DNA from: Armatimonadota bacterium | GTDB taxonomy: Bacteria; Armatimonadota; SYMT01 | DNA: 64,000 nucleotides | NCBI GenBank assembly: GCA_041690135.1 | Contig: JAWLHY010000005.1 | Coordinates: 1-64,000 of the forward strand | Direction of reading: 5' to 3' | Shown: positions 47,046 through 57,754 of the stretch, in pieces | How positions within the stretch are numbered: position 1 is the stretch's first letter | Layout of the letters: each line of letters begins with the position of its first letter | The notes under the pieces: generated by a model | Seen by the model: only the letters and a program-made list of their open reading frames with translations | Told to the model about the DNA's origin: nothing | Databases searched by the model: none | Made by a program: the position numbers and the translations under genes

Positions 47046-49511
47046 GTGGCAATTCGTGTGCTTATCGCCGAGGACAGTCGCACCCAGGCGGAAGACCTGC
47101 GAAGTTTGCTCGAAGAAGAAGGCTTTGAGACTGAAGTTGCTGTGAATGGTCGTGAGGCGCTGGAAAAGGTCCGGATGATTCGCCCGGATCTGATCCTTAG
47201 TGATCTTTTCATGCCGGAGATGGATGGCTTTGCCTTTTGCCAGGCCATCAAAAATGATGCCGAAGCCCGCACCATCCCGTTCATTCTCCTCACGCAACTC
47301 AACACTCCGGGCGGAATCGCCATTGGTTTGCAGCATGGCGCGGACGAGTTTATTGCCAAGCCCTACGACGAGGGGATTCTGCTCGAGCGGATTCGTGCCC
47401 TGCTGGCCACTGCCTCCGGCTCGGCGGCGCGCCCGGAACCGGGGCTCGAAAAGCTACCGCTGGAACGTGCCAGCCTGCTTCTGGACCGCCGGGAGCAGGC
47501 TCTGCGGGCCTCGCACGACTTCCTGGAGCAGTTAATCGCTGCCAGTCCGGGCATCGTGGTAAGAGGAGAAGCCCGCACACAGGCGCTCAGTTACGTCAGC
47601 CCGAATATCGAGCCGGTGCTGGGATACCGCGTCGAAGAAGTGTTGAACACCCCCAACTTCTTCCTGGATCGCATGCCTCTCGATGAGCGGGATGTAGTGC
47701 TGAATTCCGTTTGCCAGGCCCATGCCGACGGCCTCGAACAATGGGACTCCGAGTGCCGTTTCCGGCACCAGGATGGGAATTACCGCTGGTTCTATCTATC
47801 CGTTCGGTTCGAGCACAACTTACGGGAGCAGCAGGTGCCCCTGGTAGCGCATCTCCTGGACATCACCCCCCGTAAGGATGCGGAAGCGCGGCTCCAGCAA
47901 CTCAACGAATCGCTGGAACGCCAGGTAGCCGAGCGGACCGCGGCAGCCGAAGAGCGCGCCCGGGAGTTGGCACGTTCCGAGACCGCCCTCCGCCAAACGA
48001 ATGCAATGTTGCGCACGCTCATCGCGAGTGCGCCGCTGGCGATCTTGGGCACGGATATGGAGGGCCGGGTGACCCTCTGGAATCCGGCGGCGGAGCGGAT
48101 TCTGGAATGGCGCGAGGAAGAAGTGCTCGGCGGTCCGCTTCCCTCGTTGGCGGAAACGGCTGCGGATGAATTCGAGCGGATGTTCTCGGCGGCTCGTCAG
48201 GGAGAGCGGCTCTACAACCTGGAACTCCGGTGCCGCAAGAAAGATGGGACGCCGGTGGACGTAAGGTTGTGGACCGCACCGCTCTACGCGGACGCGGGCC
48301 AGATCACCGGCGCGATTGCCATGGTGGAGGACATAACGCTCCACAAGCAACTGGAAGCCCAGCTCCGGCAAGCGCAAAAGATGGAAGCGGTCGGCCAGCT
48401 TGCCGGCGGAGTCGCGCACGATTTCAACAACATGCTCGCGGTGATCAACGGTTACACCGAGCTGCTCCTTATGAAACCGGATCTGGCACCCTCGGTGCGA
48501 TCCTATCTCGAGGAGATCCAGCGGGCCGGCGAGCGTTCCGGTGGGCTCACGCGGCAGTTGCTTGCGTTCAGTCGCCAGCAAGTGCTGGAGCCCAAAATCG
48601 TGGATCTCTCCGCGATTGCGGAAGGCGCGGCGAGCATGCTGCGTCGGTTGATCGGAGAGGACATCGAATTGACTACCCGGTTGGAACCGGATTTGGGTCC
48701 GGTGATGGTGGATCCGGGGCAGATCGAACAGGTGTTGATGAACCTGGCGGTGAATGCGCGAGATGCCATGCCGGGAGGAGGCTCCCTCATCATTGAGACG
48801 CGGAATGCGTCGATTACGGATACTTTTGAGCTGCCGGAAGCGGTACCACCCGGAAATTATGTATTGCTTTCGGTTGCGGACAGCGGTTGCGGAATGACGG
48901 AGGAAGTCCGGGCTCGTCTTTTTGAGCCTTTCTTTACCACCAAAGAGGTTGGGAAAGGTACCGGCCTGGGCCTCGCGACTGTCTACGGAATCATCACCCA
49001 GAGTGAGGGGCGTATCGCCGTGGATAGCGAGTTAGGCCGTGGCACTACCTTCCGAATTTATCTGCCTTGCGTCTCGGCAGAGGCGGGCGGAGGGGACGAG
49101 CCCTTCATCCCCAGTATCCCCCACGGGTCGAGAACCGTCCTGTTGGTTGAGGATGAGCCGATGGTGCGCGAACTCGTGCGGACCATGCTGAAGTCGTGCG
49201 GCTATAATGTTATAGAAGCAACTAACCCCGGCGAGGCGCTCCATCTCTGCCATCGGTACTCCGGGCATATCGACATACTACTCACCGACGTGGTGATGCC
49301 GGGCTTGAGCGGCCGTGAACTGTTCGAGCGCATGAAGGTGTTTCGCCCGCACACGAAAGTGCTCTTCATGTCGGGCTACACCGATGATACCGTGCTCCGT
49401 CACGGCATCTTCCATGAGGAAGTAGCCTTCATCCAGAAGCCATTTACAGCCGCTGCGGTGATGCAGAAAATATTTGAAATAACATGCGAGCCGGGGAGTG
49501 ACGGCTCGTAA
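47046..49511 (+). CDS. Hybrid histidine kinase REC-PAS-PAS-HisKA-HATPase-REC (alternative start 47004)
   Basis: [38 protein letters not shown]...GTGLGL; two REC domains. Confidence 0.93.
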   Translation: MAIRVLIAEDSRTQAEDLRSLLEEEGFETEVAVNGREALEKVRMIRPDLILSDLFMPEMDGFAFCQAIKNDAEARTIPFILLTQLNTPGGIAIGLQHGADEFIAKPYDEGILLERIRALLATASGSAARPEPGLEKLPLERASLLLDRREQALRASHDFLEQLIAASPGIVVRGEARTQALSYVSPNIEPVLGYRVEEVLNTPNFFLDRMPLDERDVVLNSVCQAHADGLEQWDSECRFRHQDGNYRWFYLSVRFEHNLREQQVPLVAHLLDITPRKDAEARLQQLNESLERQVAERTAAAEERARELARSETALRQTNAMLRTLIASAPLAILGTDMEGRVTLWNPAAERILEWREEEVLGGPLPSLAETAADEFERMFSAARQGERLYNLELRCRKKDGTPVDVRLWTAPLYADAGQITGAIAMVEDITLHKQLEAQLRQAQKMEAVGQLAGGVAHDFNNMLAVINGYTELLLMKPDLAPSVRSYLEEIQRAGERSGGLTRQLLAFSRQQVLEPKIVDLSAIAEGAASMLRRLIGEDIELTTRLEPDLGPVMVDPGQIEQVLMNLAVNARDAMPGGGSLIIETRNASITDTFELPEAVPPGNYVLLSVADSGCGMTEEVRARLFEPFFTTKEVGKGTGLGLATVYGIITQSEGRIAVDSELGRGTTFRIYLPCVSAEAGGGDEPFIPSIPHGSRTVLLVEDEPMVRELVRTMLKSCGYNVIEATNPGEALHLCHRYSGHIDILLTDVVMPGLSGRELFERMKVFRPHTKVLFMSGYTDDTVLRHGIFHEEVAFIQKPFTAAAVMQKIFEITCEPGSDGS

Positions 49512-49517
49512 AGCCGC

Positions 49518-50954
49518 TCAGTTTGCGCTGTACACCCCCACCAACGTATCGGCCGACGTGGGCGGCGGTCCCGGCAACTCCGAGCTCCGAATGCTCTTCA
49601 GGCGGTTGCGGATGGCGTACTCGAACCGGAAGCGGGACACCAGCGAGCGCACTTTTTCCGCCAGCGCCTTCAGCTCCGCGGCCATCGCGGCCGGAGCCAG
49701 GGCGCCGATGCGCTCGGGCGTGGTGGCCGTCAGCAGGTCGTTGAAGCCGTAATGCATGGTGTCGCGGCGGAAGCTCACCACCATCCGGTAGTTCGCCTCC
49801 ATCAGGGCCTGCTCCAGTGCTCCCCGCGCGGTCGCCAGGGAGGGGCCCGCGGCCACCTTGTCCGCATTCCCGTTTTCGGCGGCGGCCGCGGCCCGTTCCA
49901 GGGCGGTCGCGGCGCTATCCGCATGTTCCACGATGTTGGCCCGGGCGTCCGCGTCACGGATGGAGAGGTCGAGGATCTCCCCCTCCAGGGTATGCCACCG
50001 CGCCGTATCCGGGATGTTGCGGACGATCCGGGCGTGGACCAGCGCCCACTCCAGCCGGGAAACGTTCCCTTCGTGGACCTTCCGATCGATCAGCGCGGCC
50101 TGGCTCTGCGGCGACCGGAGCACGTCCGAGAGGCGCACCCCATCCGCCTGCGCCTGGAGCGCGGGGGAGGCGTAGTCGCGGATCGCCGCTTCCACCTGCC
50201 GCTGCTTCACCTCCGGATGCCGGCCGGCCCGGATGAAAAGCGCGATCACGAGGGGGTCATCCCCGAACGCCTGTTCCGCCGCGTCTCCTCGCAGGACCTG
50301 TCCCGATTTCGGGTCCACGTAGACCGGTTCCGGAGCGCCGTCCGGACCCGGCAGTACGTCGACGCCGTAGTCCGCCAGCAGGCTCTGAAATAGGGCGGGG
50401 CTGCGCTGTTTGAAGAGGGCCAGGGCGGGACGGAAGCCCCGGCCGGCCCCCCCGGCGAACTGGATGAAGCCCCAGCTGAAGCGGGCGCGGTCCCAGGTGT
50501 TGATGGCGTCGAAGCCGCCCTCATGCCGCGAGACGTACCGCAAAGCCTGGATGGCGACCGGCGATAGCCCCGCCGTCTTGCCGGCAGCCTCGAACGTCGT
50601 GTCCGGCTCGCGATTGGCGCTGGCGGTGCCGACATAGGCGACCACCTGCTCGCGCTGGGCCTGGTCGCGCATCCGCTTCGGGCGCGTGGGGAACTCCACG
50701 GTCGCACCGTCCGCAAAGGTGAACCGGTACCGCTTCCCTCCGTTCTCCCCCGGCAACTCCTCTCGCTTCACCGCGGCGCGTGCTCGAGCCGCCGCCGCAG
50801 CCTCCACCGGCGGCTTCGCATAGTCCGGCCCGGTGGGCTGCGCCTGCTGGGCCGCCACGACCAGGCGCACCGGTTCGGCAGCCGGCTTCGGTGCTTCCGC
50901 TTTCTTACCGGGCGAGAAGAACGAGAGAAAGAGTGATACGAGGAAGTGCTTCAT
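49518..50954 (-). CDS. Exported protein with putative lysozyme-like domain
   Basis: Hydrophobic N-terminus; SRHEGGFDAINTWDRARFSWGFIQF. Confidence 0.55.
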   Translation of the reverse strand: MKHFLVSLFLSFFSPGKKAEAPKPAAEPVRLVVAAQQAQPTGPDYAKPPVEAAAAARARAAVKREELPGENGGKRYRFTFADGATVEFPTRPKRMRDQAQREQVVAYVGTASANREPDTTFEAAGKTAGLSPVAIQALRYVSRHEGGFDAINTWDRARFSWGFIQFAGGAGRGFRPALALFKQRSPALFQSLLADYGVDVLPGPDGAPEPVYVDPKSGQVLRGDAAEQAFGDDPLVIALFIRAGRHPEVKQRQVEAAIRDYASPALQAQADGVRLSDVLRSPQSQAALIDRKVHEGNVSRLEWALVHARIVRNIPDTARWHTLEGEILDLSIRDADARANIVEHADSAATALERAAAAAENGNADKVAAGPSLATARGALEQALMEANYRMVVSFRRDTMHYGFNDLLTATTPERIGALAPAAMAAELKALAEKVRSLVSRFRFEYAIRNRLKSIRSSELPGPPPTSADTLVGVYSAN

Positions 50955-51514
50955 GATCCAGCGATCCCCCAGTCCGCCAACACGGACCGCATCCCATCGA
51001 GCTGCTTGTGAGCAAATGAATCAAGAGGTAGGGAAAAGTACCTGCGCAGATTTGAACCGGTCGTGTTTCGCGCCAACCCCGCAGGGGTTTCACTCCGCAG
51101 TAGCCGCGCGCATGCGCCGGGTACCCACAGAGTGGGTGTTGGGAAATTCCATTCCGTGGCGGGCGACAGTGACTCGCAGTCGTTCCGGTTCCTGAAACTG
51201 CTCAGTATCTCCCACGCACCGCCCGGAGTACCGGGGCGGATAGGGCAGCACGGCTCGGTTGCTCGGGCACAACCGTCCACAAGCCGCGCACAAATGCCTG
51301 GCCCGCCGCTCCCTCACCTCTTCCTCACCGTGACCTACTCCGTGTCTCCCATACGGGCAAGCTCGTGACTCCGTGGTGAGGATCGGCCCGGTGCACACCG
51401 TCATATACGAGAACCGCACCGCCCTCAGCACAGAGCGACCGGGCCCCCGGACCGGGAGCGCCCGGTGCGAATTCGCGCTCCTTCTGGGTAACACCTGCGC
51501 CGGGAGGAGCCATC

Positions 51515-51979
51515 ATGGACAAAGTTTTTCCAGCACTCTATGCCGGTCGGACGGGACTGGCGCTGTTGATCCTGCGCGTGGTGATTGGCTGGGCGTTCAT
51601 TCTGCACGGGTTGCCCAAGATTCGGGACATTGATGCTGTCGCCGGCATGTTTCAGATCCCGTGGGCCCTGGCCGCGGTAGCCGCCTGGACGGAGGTGCTC
51701 GGCGGCACGCTCCTGATTCTGGGCTTCCTCACCCCCGTGGCCGCCTTCTTCCTGACGATCCAGATGCTGGTGGCGCTCTTCAGCGTGCACCTCCCCGCGG
51801 GTGACCCCTTCGTCAACTCCGGCGGCCGTAGTTTCGAACTGGCCCTGGTCTACCTGGCGGCCATGATAGCGTTCCTGCTCGCCGGCCCCGGTCTCTATAG
51901 CCTGGACGCCTGGCTCGCCCGCCGCGCCGAAACCGGTGCAACCACACCCGCCTACGGCCGCCGCAGAGGTACTGCCTGA
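51515..51979 (+). CDS. DoxX family membrane protein
   Basis: LILRVVIGWAFILHGLPK, EVLGG, FELAL, GPGLYSLD. Confidence 0.9.
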   Translation: MDKVFPALYAGRTGLALLILRVVIGWAFILHGLPKIRDIDAVAGMFQIPWALAAVAAWTEVLGGTLLILGFLTPVAAFFLTIQMLVALFSVHLPAGDPFVNSGGRSFELALVYLAAMIAFLLAGPGLYSLDAWLARRAETGATTPAYGRRRGTA

Positions 51980-52452
51980 CCAAGGTGGACGGAACCAAAG
52001 GCGAAGGTGCACGAACTCACGCACGCTCATTGCCCTGATACACCGGGGATTCCAACACAACCCAGAGGCATAGGTATGACTGGCCGAAGTACGCACCTAC
52101 TCCCGAGCTCTGCTGTCGAGTCGGATTCTTGTTCCCCCAGCCGGGTACCGGGTACCCCGAAGGGGTGTGGGTGGCGCGGACAGGGGGCCGAAGAGGCAGA
52201 AGTCCGTTCATCCTCCAGGCCACCTCCAACCAGCCCTAAAGGGTGTGTGCAAGTAACTGTGCAGGTACGGTAATCCAGAGGGAGGCCGCGCAAGCGCCGT
52301 CACTCCGGCAAGGCTCGCTGACCTACGCGGAGAAACAGGTTCGTAGCCAGTGGTCAAGATCCGCTCTGATACTTCCCCCAACCTCCTTAGATCCCTGACC
52401 TCTTTATCCTTATCCTTATCCGCGAAGCCGCTTCTTAATCCGCAAAGCGCCG

Positions 52453-53124
52453 CTACCTCTCCCGCGCCTTGCTGAGGCGGTCCGCCAGATGCACCGGTTC
52501 CGGCAGGCGGTGGCCTCGGACGCAGACCATGGCCAGGTCCCCCACCGCCTCCGGGGCCACCCGGTGACCCGGAGAGACATAGACCGGCTTCGAGCCCCGC
52601 CGGGTCCGCAGCAGCACGCCGATCTGGCGACCGTTCGGGAGCAGTAGCGGCGTGCGGTCCCCCGGTTCTGGACCGGGTTCCTCGGCCCGGCCGGTCAGCC
52701 GCGTCTTGCCGATGCCGATCGTCGGGCGGTCCAGCAGCACGCCCACGTGGGCGGCGATCCCCAAGCCGCGTGGGTGCGCGATGCCCTGGCCGTCGAACAA
52801 CAGCAGGTCCGGCTCGCTTTGCACCTTCCGCAGGGCGGCCTCCACCAGGGGGCCTTCGCGGAATGCCAGGAGGCCGGGAATGTAGGGGATGGTGATCGGC
52901 ATCTCGACCACCGCCTCCTCGACCACGGCGCCGTCCTCCAGTCGCCAGACGACCACCACGCCCCGTCCCAGTTCGTCCTCCCGACCCAGGGCCAGGTCTA
53001 CACCGGCGACCAGCCGGACCTCCCGAAGGCTAGTCTCCAGCGAGACGAGTGGGGCCATCTCCTTTTGGGCCGCAATCATCTCGGCCACGGAAAGATCCCA
53101 GAGTGGAGTGCGTGCAAACTCCAT
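52453..53124 (-). CDS. nfi: Endonuclease V
   Basis: VAGVD, PYIPGLLAFRE, FDGQGIAHPRGLGIAAH, KPVYVSPGH, RLPEP. Confidence 0.95.
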   Translation of the reverse strand: MEFARTPLWDLSVAEMIAAQKEMAPLVSLETSLREVRLVAGVDLALGREDELGRGVVVVWRLEDGAVVEEAVVEMPITIPYIPGLLAFREGPLVEAALRKVQSEPDLLLFDGQGIAHPRGLGIAAHVGVLLDRPTIGIGKTRLTGRAEEPGPEPGDRTPLLLPNGRQIGVLLRTRRGSKPVYVSPGHRVAPEAVGDLAMVCVRGHRLPEPVHLADRLSKARER

Positions 53125-53286
53125 TGCGTCAACCTACCCTTGCCTGACGTGCCATCGACTCCGTTCAAGAACCGGCAACATGCCCCCCATCCATCCGTGT
53201 CTAAACACCGGGGGCGCACCCTCTACCGTACTTGCCAATCCTTACTTCCCCGCCCTCTCCGTAGCTTCTTCAACTCCGAGGAAATC

Positions 53287-54555
53287 ATGAAACCCTGGCA
53301 CTATTGTGGAGCCGTTCTGGCCGGCGCTACCACGTTGATTGCGGGTGGGTTAAGCCAACCGGCGGCTCGCGCCCAGCAAACGGTCAACTGGCTCTCCGAT
53401 TTTGAGGCGGCCCGCACCGTCTCCCGGCAGACCGGCAAGCCGCTCTTCGTGGCGTTCCGCTGCGAGCGTTGAGCGACCTGCAAGAATCTCGACTCACAGG
53501 TGGTGAGTCCTCAAGACCCGGAGTTGGCCCAGCTTCTCAACCGGTACGTGCCGGTGCGGATCGTTAACTTCAAAGGCGTGGACCTGAACCTTTTCAAGTT
53601 CGACTACGATCTCACCTTTGCCGCCCTGCTCATGAACCCGGATGGGCGGACCTACGCCCGCTTCGGCACCAACGATTGGAAGGCTGACGCCAGCCGCATG
53701 TCCATCCCCGGTCTCAAGCAGGTGATGCGGGAGGTGCTGGCGAAGCACGGACGCGAGTCCCGGAACCCGGCCTCTCCGGCCCCCGCCCCGCGGCGGACAC
53801 TGGCGGACGTACCCGCCTTCACGGCGATGAAGCAGTCGAAGGACGCTTGCTATCACTGCCACTACGCCAATAACGCGCGCTTCCGGCAGTTGGAACTGGA
53901 CGGCAGGTTCGTCAAGGAACTGCTCTATCAGCACCCACACCCGGAGAATATCGGCATCACGCTGGAGGTGGATGCCAATAACGTGGTCCATTCCGTGGTG
54001 CCGGGCTCCCCCGCCGCTCAGGCCGGGATTCGCCCGAGGGACGTCATTCGCCGGGCCGGCAAGATAGAGGTTTATTCCAGTGCGGATCTCCAGTTCGCCC
54101 TGGATGAGGTTGCGGACCCGGGCCGCATCACACTGGAAGTCAATCGCCAGGAGAAGCTGCTCCCGCCACTGGCGCTGAACCTGCCGAAGGGATGGCGACG
54201 CTCCGACATCAGTTGGCGGCCGTCGCAGGGGGATATCCCGCCGACGGTGGGGATGTGGGCCCGGCCCTTAACCGCCGCGGAGAAGCAGAAGCGAGGGATT
54301 GCCGCGGACCGGCTGGCGTTGCAGGTGAACTTCTTTTTCCCCGGCCCCAAATGGGCCCGCACCCGCGGCGACCTCCGGAACGGCGACATTCTCCTGGGCG
54401 TGGACGGCAAGGAACTGCCGGAGATGACCACGCGTCAGTTTCACAGCCACTTCCGCCTCACCCACAACGTGGGCGATACCGCTACTCTCACGGTCCTGCG
54501 AGGCTCCCAGCGCCTGGAGATCCGGGTTCCCGGCCTGGATCCCGGCGAAGCCTGA
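53287..54555 (+). CDS. Thioredoxin-like/CxxCH/PDZ protein with an in-frame UGA (probable selenoprotein, 422 aa)
   Basis: Signal peptide, W-x-x-DFEAA...GKPLFVAFRCER-UGA(53470)-ATC, same frame continues; CYHCH; two PDZ-like domains; hairpin at 53491-53509. Confidence 0.85.
53491..53509 (+). promoter_or_regulatory. Candidate bacterial SECIS hairpin
   Basis: GACTCAC-AGGTG-GTGAGTC starting 18 nt after the UGA; G-containing apical loop. Confidence 0.65.
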
Positions 54556-54574
54556 CCGTGCGGATTGAAAACCG

Positions 54575-54605
54575 CCGAGGCTCGTGGCCTGCCACGAGCC
54601 TCGGC
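54575..54605. terminator. Hairpin between convergent genes
   Basis: GCCGAGGCTCGTGGC-CT-GCCACGAGCCTCGGC. Confidence 0.6.
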
Positions 54606-54639
54606 TGGAATTCAACCATCCTGTGGTTATGAGGAACGA

Positions 54640-55308
54640 CTAGTTGACCAGCACGTTCCGCTCGCCGTTGTAGATCTTGTTCTGGTTGAACCACTTTACA
54701 TGGCCGTCCAGGAACGAGACGTTGGCGCCTTCGTTGTGCCGGTTGCGATAGCCGTTGCCCGGCACGTACCACGTCGGGTTCGTGGGAATGGTGCCGTCCT
54801 CATTGATCTGCGTCCATGCATAGACCAGCCCGGCTTCCATCAGCATGAACTGGCTGGACACCTGGTTGATCTGCGCGACCGCTCCGCCGTGCCGGACCAG
54901 GTTGAAGCCATAGTTGGCCCGGTGTCCCTGGAAGTTAGTGGGCAGGTTCGGCCGTCCGCCGCCGCAGGGGTGAGCACCGCCCGGCTGGATGTCCGCGCCC
55001 GCCGTGGGGGTTTGGGACGGACACTTGAGAATGCCGACGTTCTTCATATAGGGCTGGCAGGAGATGTTCCAGGCCATACCGTAGGTCATGCCGTCGCAGT
55101 TGGCCCACGGCAGCACTTCGTCGTAGTCCTGGACGTACATCAGGACGGCGGTGGAAATCTGGCGGACGTTACTGGCGCAGCTCGACTGGCGAGCGGCCTC
55201 GCGAGCGCGAGCGAAGACGGGGAAGAGGATAGCGGCGAGGATGGCGATGATGGCTATCACCACGAGTAGTTCGATGAGGGTGAAGCCGCGACGAGGATTC
55301 CGTGACAT
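54640..55308 (-). CDS. Prepilin-type DUF1559 / H-X9-DG-CTERM protein
   Basis: [33 protein letters not shown]...C; YVQDYDE; [16 protein letters not shown]. Confidence 0.93.
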   Translation of the reverse strand: MSRNPRRGFTLIELLVVIAIIAILAAILFPVFARAREAARQSSCASNVRQISTAVLMYVQDYDEVLPWANCDGMTYGMAWNISCQPYMKNVGILKCPSQTPTAGADIQPGGAHPCGGGRPNLPTNFQGHRANYGFNLVRHGGAVAQINQVSSQFMLMEAGLVYAWTQINEDGTIPTNPTWYVPGNGYRNRHNEGANVSFLDGHVKWFNQNKIYNGERNVLVN

Positions 55309-55450
55309 GAGTTCTCCGTAGTGCCGGACAAATGGCACACGGACTGTTTATAGCGGGTTGCCGCCTCCCTGGATAAGCTCTGAAGATTGTGGTTCCTAGC
55401 TTCCAGTATTGCGTTTTACAAGAAACCGTAGGGCGTCTAGACATCCAGCT

Positions 55451-56383
55451 ATGCGACTACTCTTTTGCACCGATCCCTTCGATCCGGGTGCCCCGGATGC
55501 GGAATACCAGGTGGAAGCCAGCGCGGCCGGAGCCGCCGGCTTCGCAACGCACCTGGTCGACTTCGAAGCGCTGCAGGGGAACGATCCGGAACGTTCGGTC
55601 CGCCGCGTGCCGCCCGCGGATCCGCCCTGCCCTGCGCTCTACCGCGGCTGGATGATGACGGTGGATCGGTATGCGCGCCTGTACGCCGCTTTGCGGTCGC
55701 GAGGGGTGTATCTCCTCAACGACCCCGAGGCGTATCGCCACTGTCATCACCTGCCCGCTGCGTATTCCCTCATCCGGCCCTACACCCCGCGGACGGTCTG
55801 GCTGGAGATTGGTCCGGAGGTCGACTTCGATCGGGTGGTGGCGCTGCTTTCCGGGTTTGGCGATGCGCCACTGATCATCAAAGACTTTGTCAAGTCGCAG
55901 AAGCACTACTGGCATGAGGCCTGTTTCATCCCGTCCGCGTCGGACCGGGGAGCCGTGGAGCGGGTCGTCCGCAGGTTCGTGGAGCTTCAGGGTGAAGATC
56001 TTTGTGGCGGCCTCGTCTTCCGGGAATATGAGGAGTTCGAGCCGGTCGGAATGCACCCCAGGAGTGGTCTCCCGCTCACTCGCGAATACCGGGTGTTCTA
56101 CTTCGATGGTGTGCCGTTCTTCACCACGCGCTACTGGGAGGAAGGCACCTATGGTACAATTGAGCTACCCTTTGCCCGGTTCCAGAGTGTTGCGAGGGAG
56201 ATCCGGAGCCGCTTCTTCACGATGGACCTGGCCCTCCGTAAGGATGGCGAGTGGCGGATCGTCGAGCTCGGAGATGCCCAGGTGGCGGGGCTCCCCGAGC
56301 ATGTGGACCGCGGCGAGTTCTACCGGGCGCTGGCGGCCGTTTCCGGCAACGTGGCCTGGGCAGCGGACTCTCCCGCCACGTAG
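55451..56383 (+). CDS. ATP-grasp protein (R2K/DUF4343-like)
   Basis: YRGWMM, CHHLP, IKDFVKSQKHYWHEACFI, GGLVFRE, EYRVF, WRIVELGDAQVAGL. Confidence 0.8.
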   Translation: MRLLFCTDPFDPGAPDAEYQVEASAAGAAGFATHLVDFEALQGNDPERSVRRVPPADPPCPALYRGWMMTVDRYARLYAALRSRGVYLLNDPEAYRHCHHLPAAYSLIRPYTPRTVWLEIGPEVDFDRVVALLSGFGDAPLIIKDFVKSQKHYWHEACFIPSASDRGAVERVVRRFVELQGEDLCGGLVFREYEEFEPVGMHPRSGLPLTREYRVFYFDGVPFFTTRYWEEGTYGTIELPFARFQSVAREIRSRFFTMDLALRKDGEWRIVELGDAQVAGLPEHVDRGEFYRALAAVSGNVAWAADSPAT

Positions 56384-57585
56384 CCGGTGGAAAAGGCGGC
56401 CTGCAGGTTGTAGCCCCCCACCGGGCCGGCCAGGTCGAGGATTTCGCCGCACAGGTAAAGGCCCGCGATCTTCCTGCTGGCCATCGTGCGCGGATCGACT
56501 TCTTCCAACGCCACTCCGCCGGCGGTGACCTCGCCGCGTTCCAGGGGTACCGCGCGCACTGAGCCGAACTCCCACCGCTTGAGGATCTCTACCAAACGGT
56601 TCCGACCCTTCCGCGGTAGCTGGTGGAGCGGGGTCGCCGGCTCCAGCCCGGCGCGCTCCAGCGCTTCCGGGACGAGGCGATCCGGGAGCCACTCCCCCAC
56701 CAGCGTCTTGATCGTCCGGCGACCCTGGCTGCCGTGGACTTCCGCGATCCGTTCCGACAGGACTTCGTGCGGCACGTCCGGGAGAAGGTCCGCATCGAGG
56801 GTGACCGTTCCCTTTTCCAGGGCCAGGGTTACGACGCGGCTCACACCCAGCGCCGTGGGGCCCGAGATCCCCTGGTGCGTATAGAGCAGGTCCCCGCGCC
56901 ACCGCGCGAGTTCCTTGCCGTTCTGGCGGCCCTTGAGGATGCAGTCCCGCAGCGCCACTCCGCTGTAATCCGGACGGCACCCTTCGGCCAGGTAGATCGG
57001 CGCCAGGGCCGCCCGCAGCGGCACGAGGGAGTGGCCCGCTTCCCGCATCCAGCGGAAGCCGTCGCCCGTGGTGCCGGTCTTCGGATAACTGCTGCCTCCC
57101 ACCGCCACTACGACGGTGCGCGCGGGATACCGCCGGCCCTCCGCCTCCACGCCGAGGATTCGGCCCCCTTCGATCCAGAGCGAACCGACGGGCACCTTCT
57201 GCTCGATCTTCACCCCGGCCTGGTGGAGATACCAGGCGATGCCGTCCACCACGTCATCCGCGCGCCCGCTGTCGGGGAACACTCTCCCGTCCGGTCGGGT
57301 GTGGACCGTTACGCCGCGGCGCCGGAGGAGGGACAGCACGTCCTCGTTTGTGAACCGGCGGAACGCGTGGCTCAAGAAGCGGGCCTCCTCCGGCACGAAG
57401 GCGCGGCGGACACTCTCCATTTCGCCGGCGTGGGTGATGTTGCACTTACCGCCACCGCTGATGTGGATCTTCAATCCCAGCCGGTCGTTCTTCTCCAGCA
57501 GCCGGGTCCGGGCACCCAGGGTCGCCGCCCGCCACGCCGCGAACATGCCCGCGGCTCCCCCACCGATAACCAGTACGTCGTCCAT
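56320..57585 (-). CDS. HI0933/BaiN family flavoprotein
   Basis: IGGGAAG, KIHISGGGKCNITH, GGSSYPKTGTTGDG, VTAGGV, GEILD...GGYNLQAAFSTG. Confidence 0.93.
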   Translation of the reverse strand: MDDVLVIGGGAAGMFAAWRAATLGARTRLLEKNDRLGLKIHISGGGKCNITHAGEMESVRRAFVPEEARFLSHAFRRFTNEDVLSLLRRRGVTVHTRPDGRVFPDSGRADDVVDGIAWYLHQAGVKIEQKVPVGSLWIEGGRILGVEAEGRRYPARTVVVAVGGSSYPKTGTTGDGFRWMREAGHSLVPLRAALAPIYLAEGCRPDYSGVALRDCILKGRQNGKELARWRGDLLYTHQGISGPTALGVSRVVTLALEKGTVTLDADLLPDVPHEVLSERIAEVHGSQGRRTIKTLVGEWLPDRLVPEALERAGLEPATPLHQLPRKGRNRLVEILKRWEFGSVRAVPLERGEVTAGGVALEEVDPRTMASRKIAGLYLCGEILDLAGPVGGYNLQAAFSTGYVAGESAAQATLPETAASAR

Positions 57586-57725
57586 GCCTCAACCAGCTCT
57601 CCGTGGGCCCCTCGGACCCTTTTCCCCGCGCGATCCCTGGGTGAACCATAGCACTTACCACCGGACCGCTGCGACCCAGGAATCGGGTTGCGTCTGGTTC
57701 CCCTTCAGGCGGAAAAGGGCTCGCG

Positions 57726-57754
57726 TTGACGCTCTCACCCCATCCTCTTATAAT
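57726..57754 (+). promoter_or_regulatory. sigma70 promoter of the rimO-gltX operon
   Basis: TTGACG-N17-TATAAT. Confidence 0.8.

Noticed and set aside
50955-51500. Riboswitch or small ORFs upstream of the lysozyme-like gene
   Set aside because: I could not match any aptamer consensus, and the short ORFs lack convincing motifs.
53470-53472. Pseudogene-causing nonsense codon
   Set aside because: The UGA falls exactly in a UxxC motif with a downstream hairpin and otherwise intact frames, so Sec recoding is more likely.
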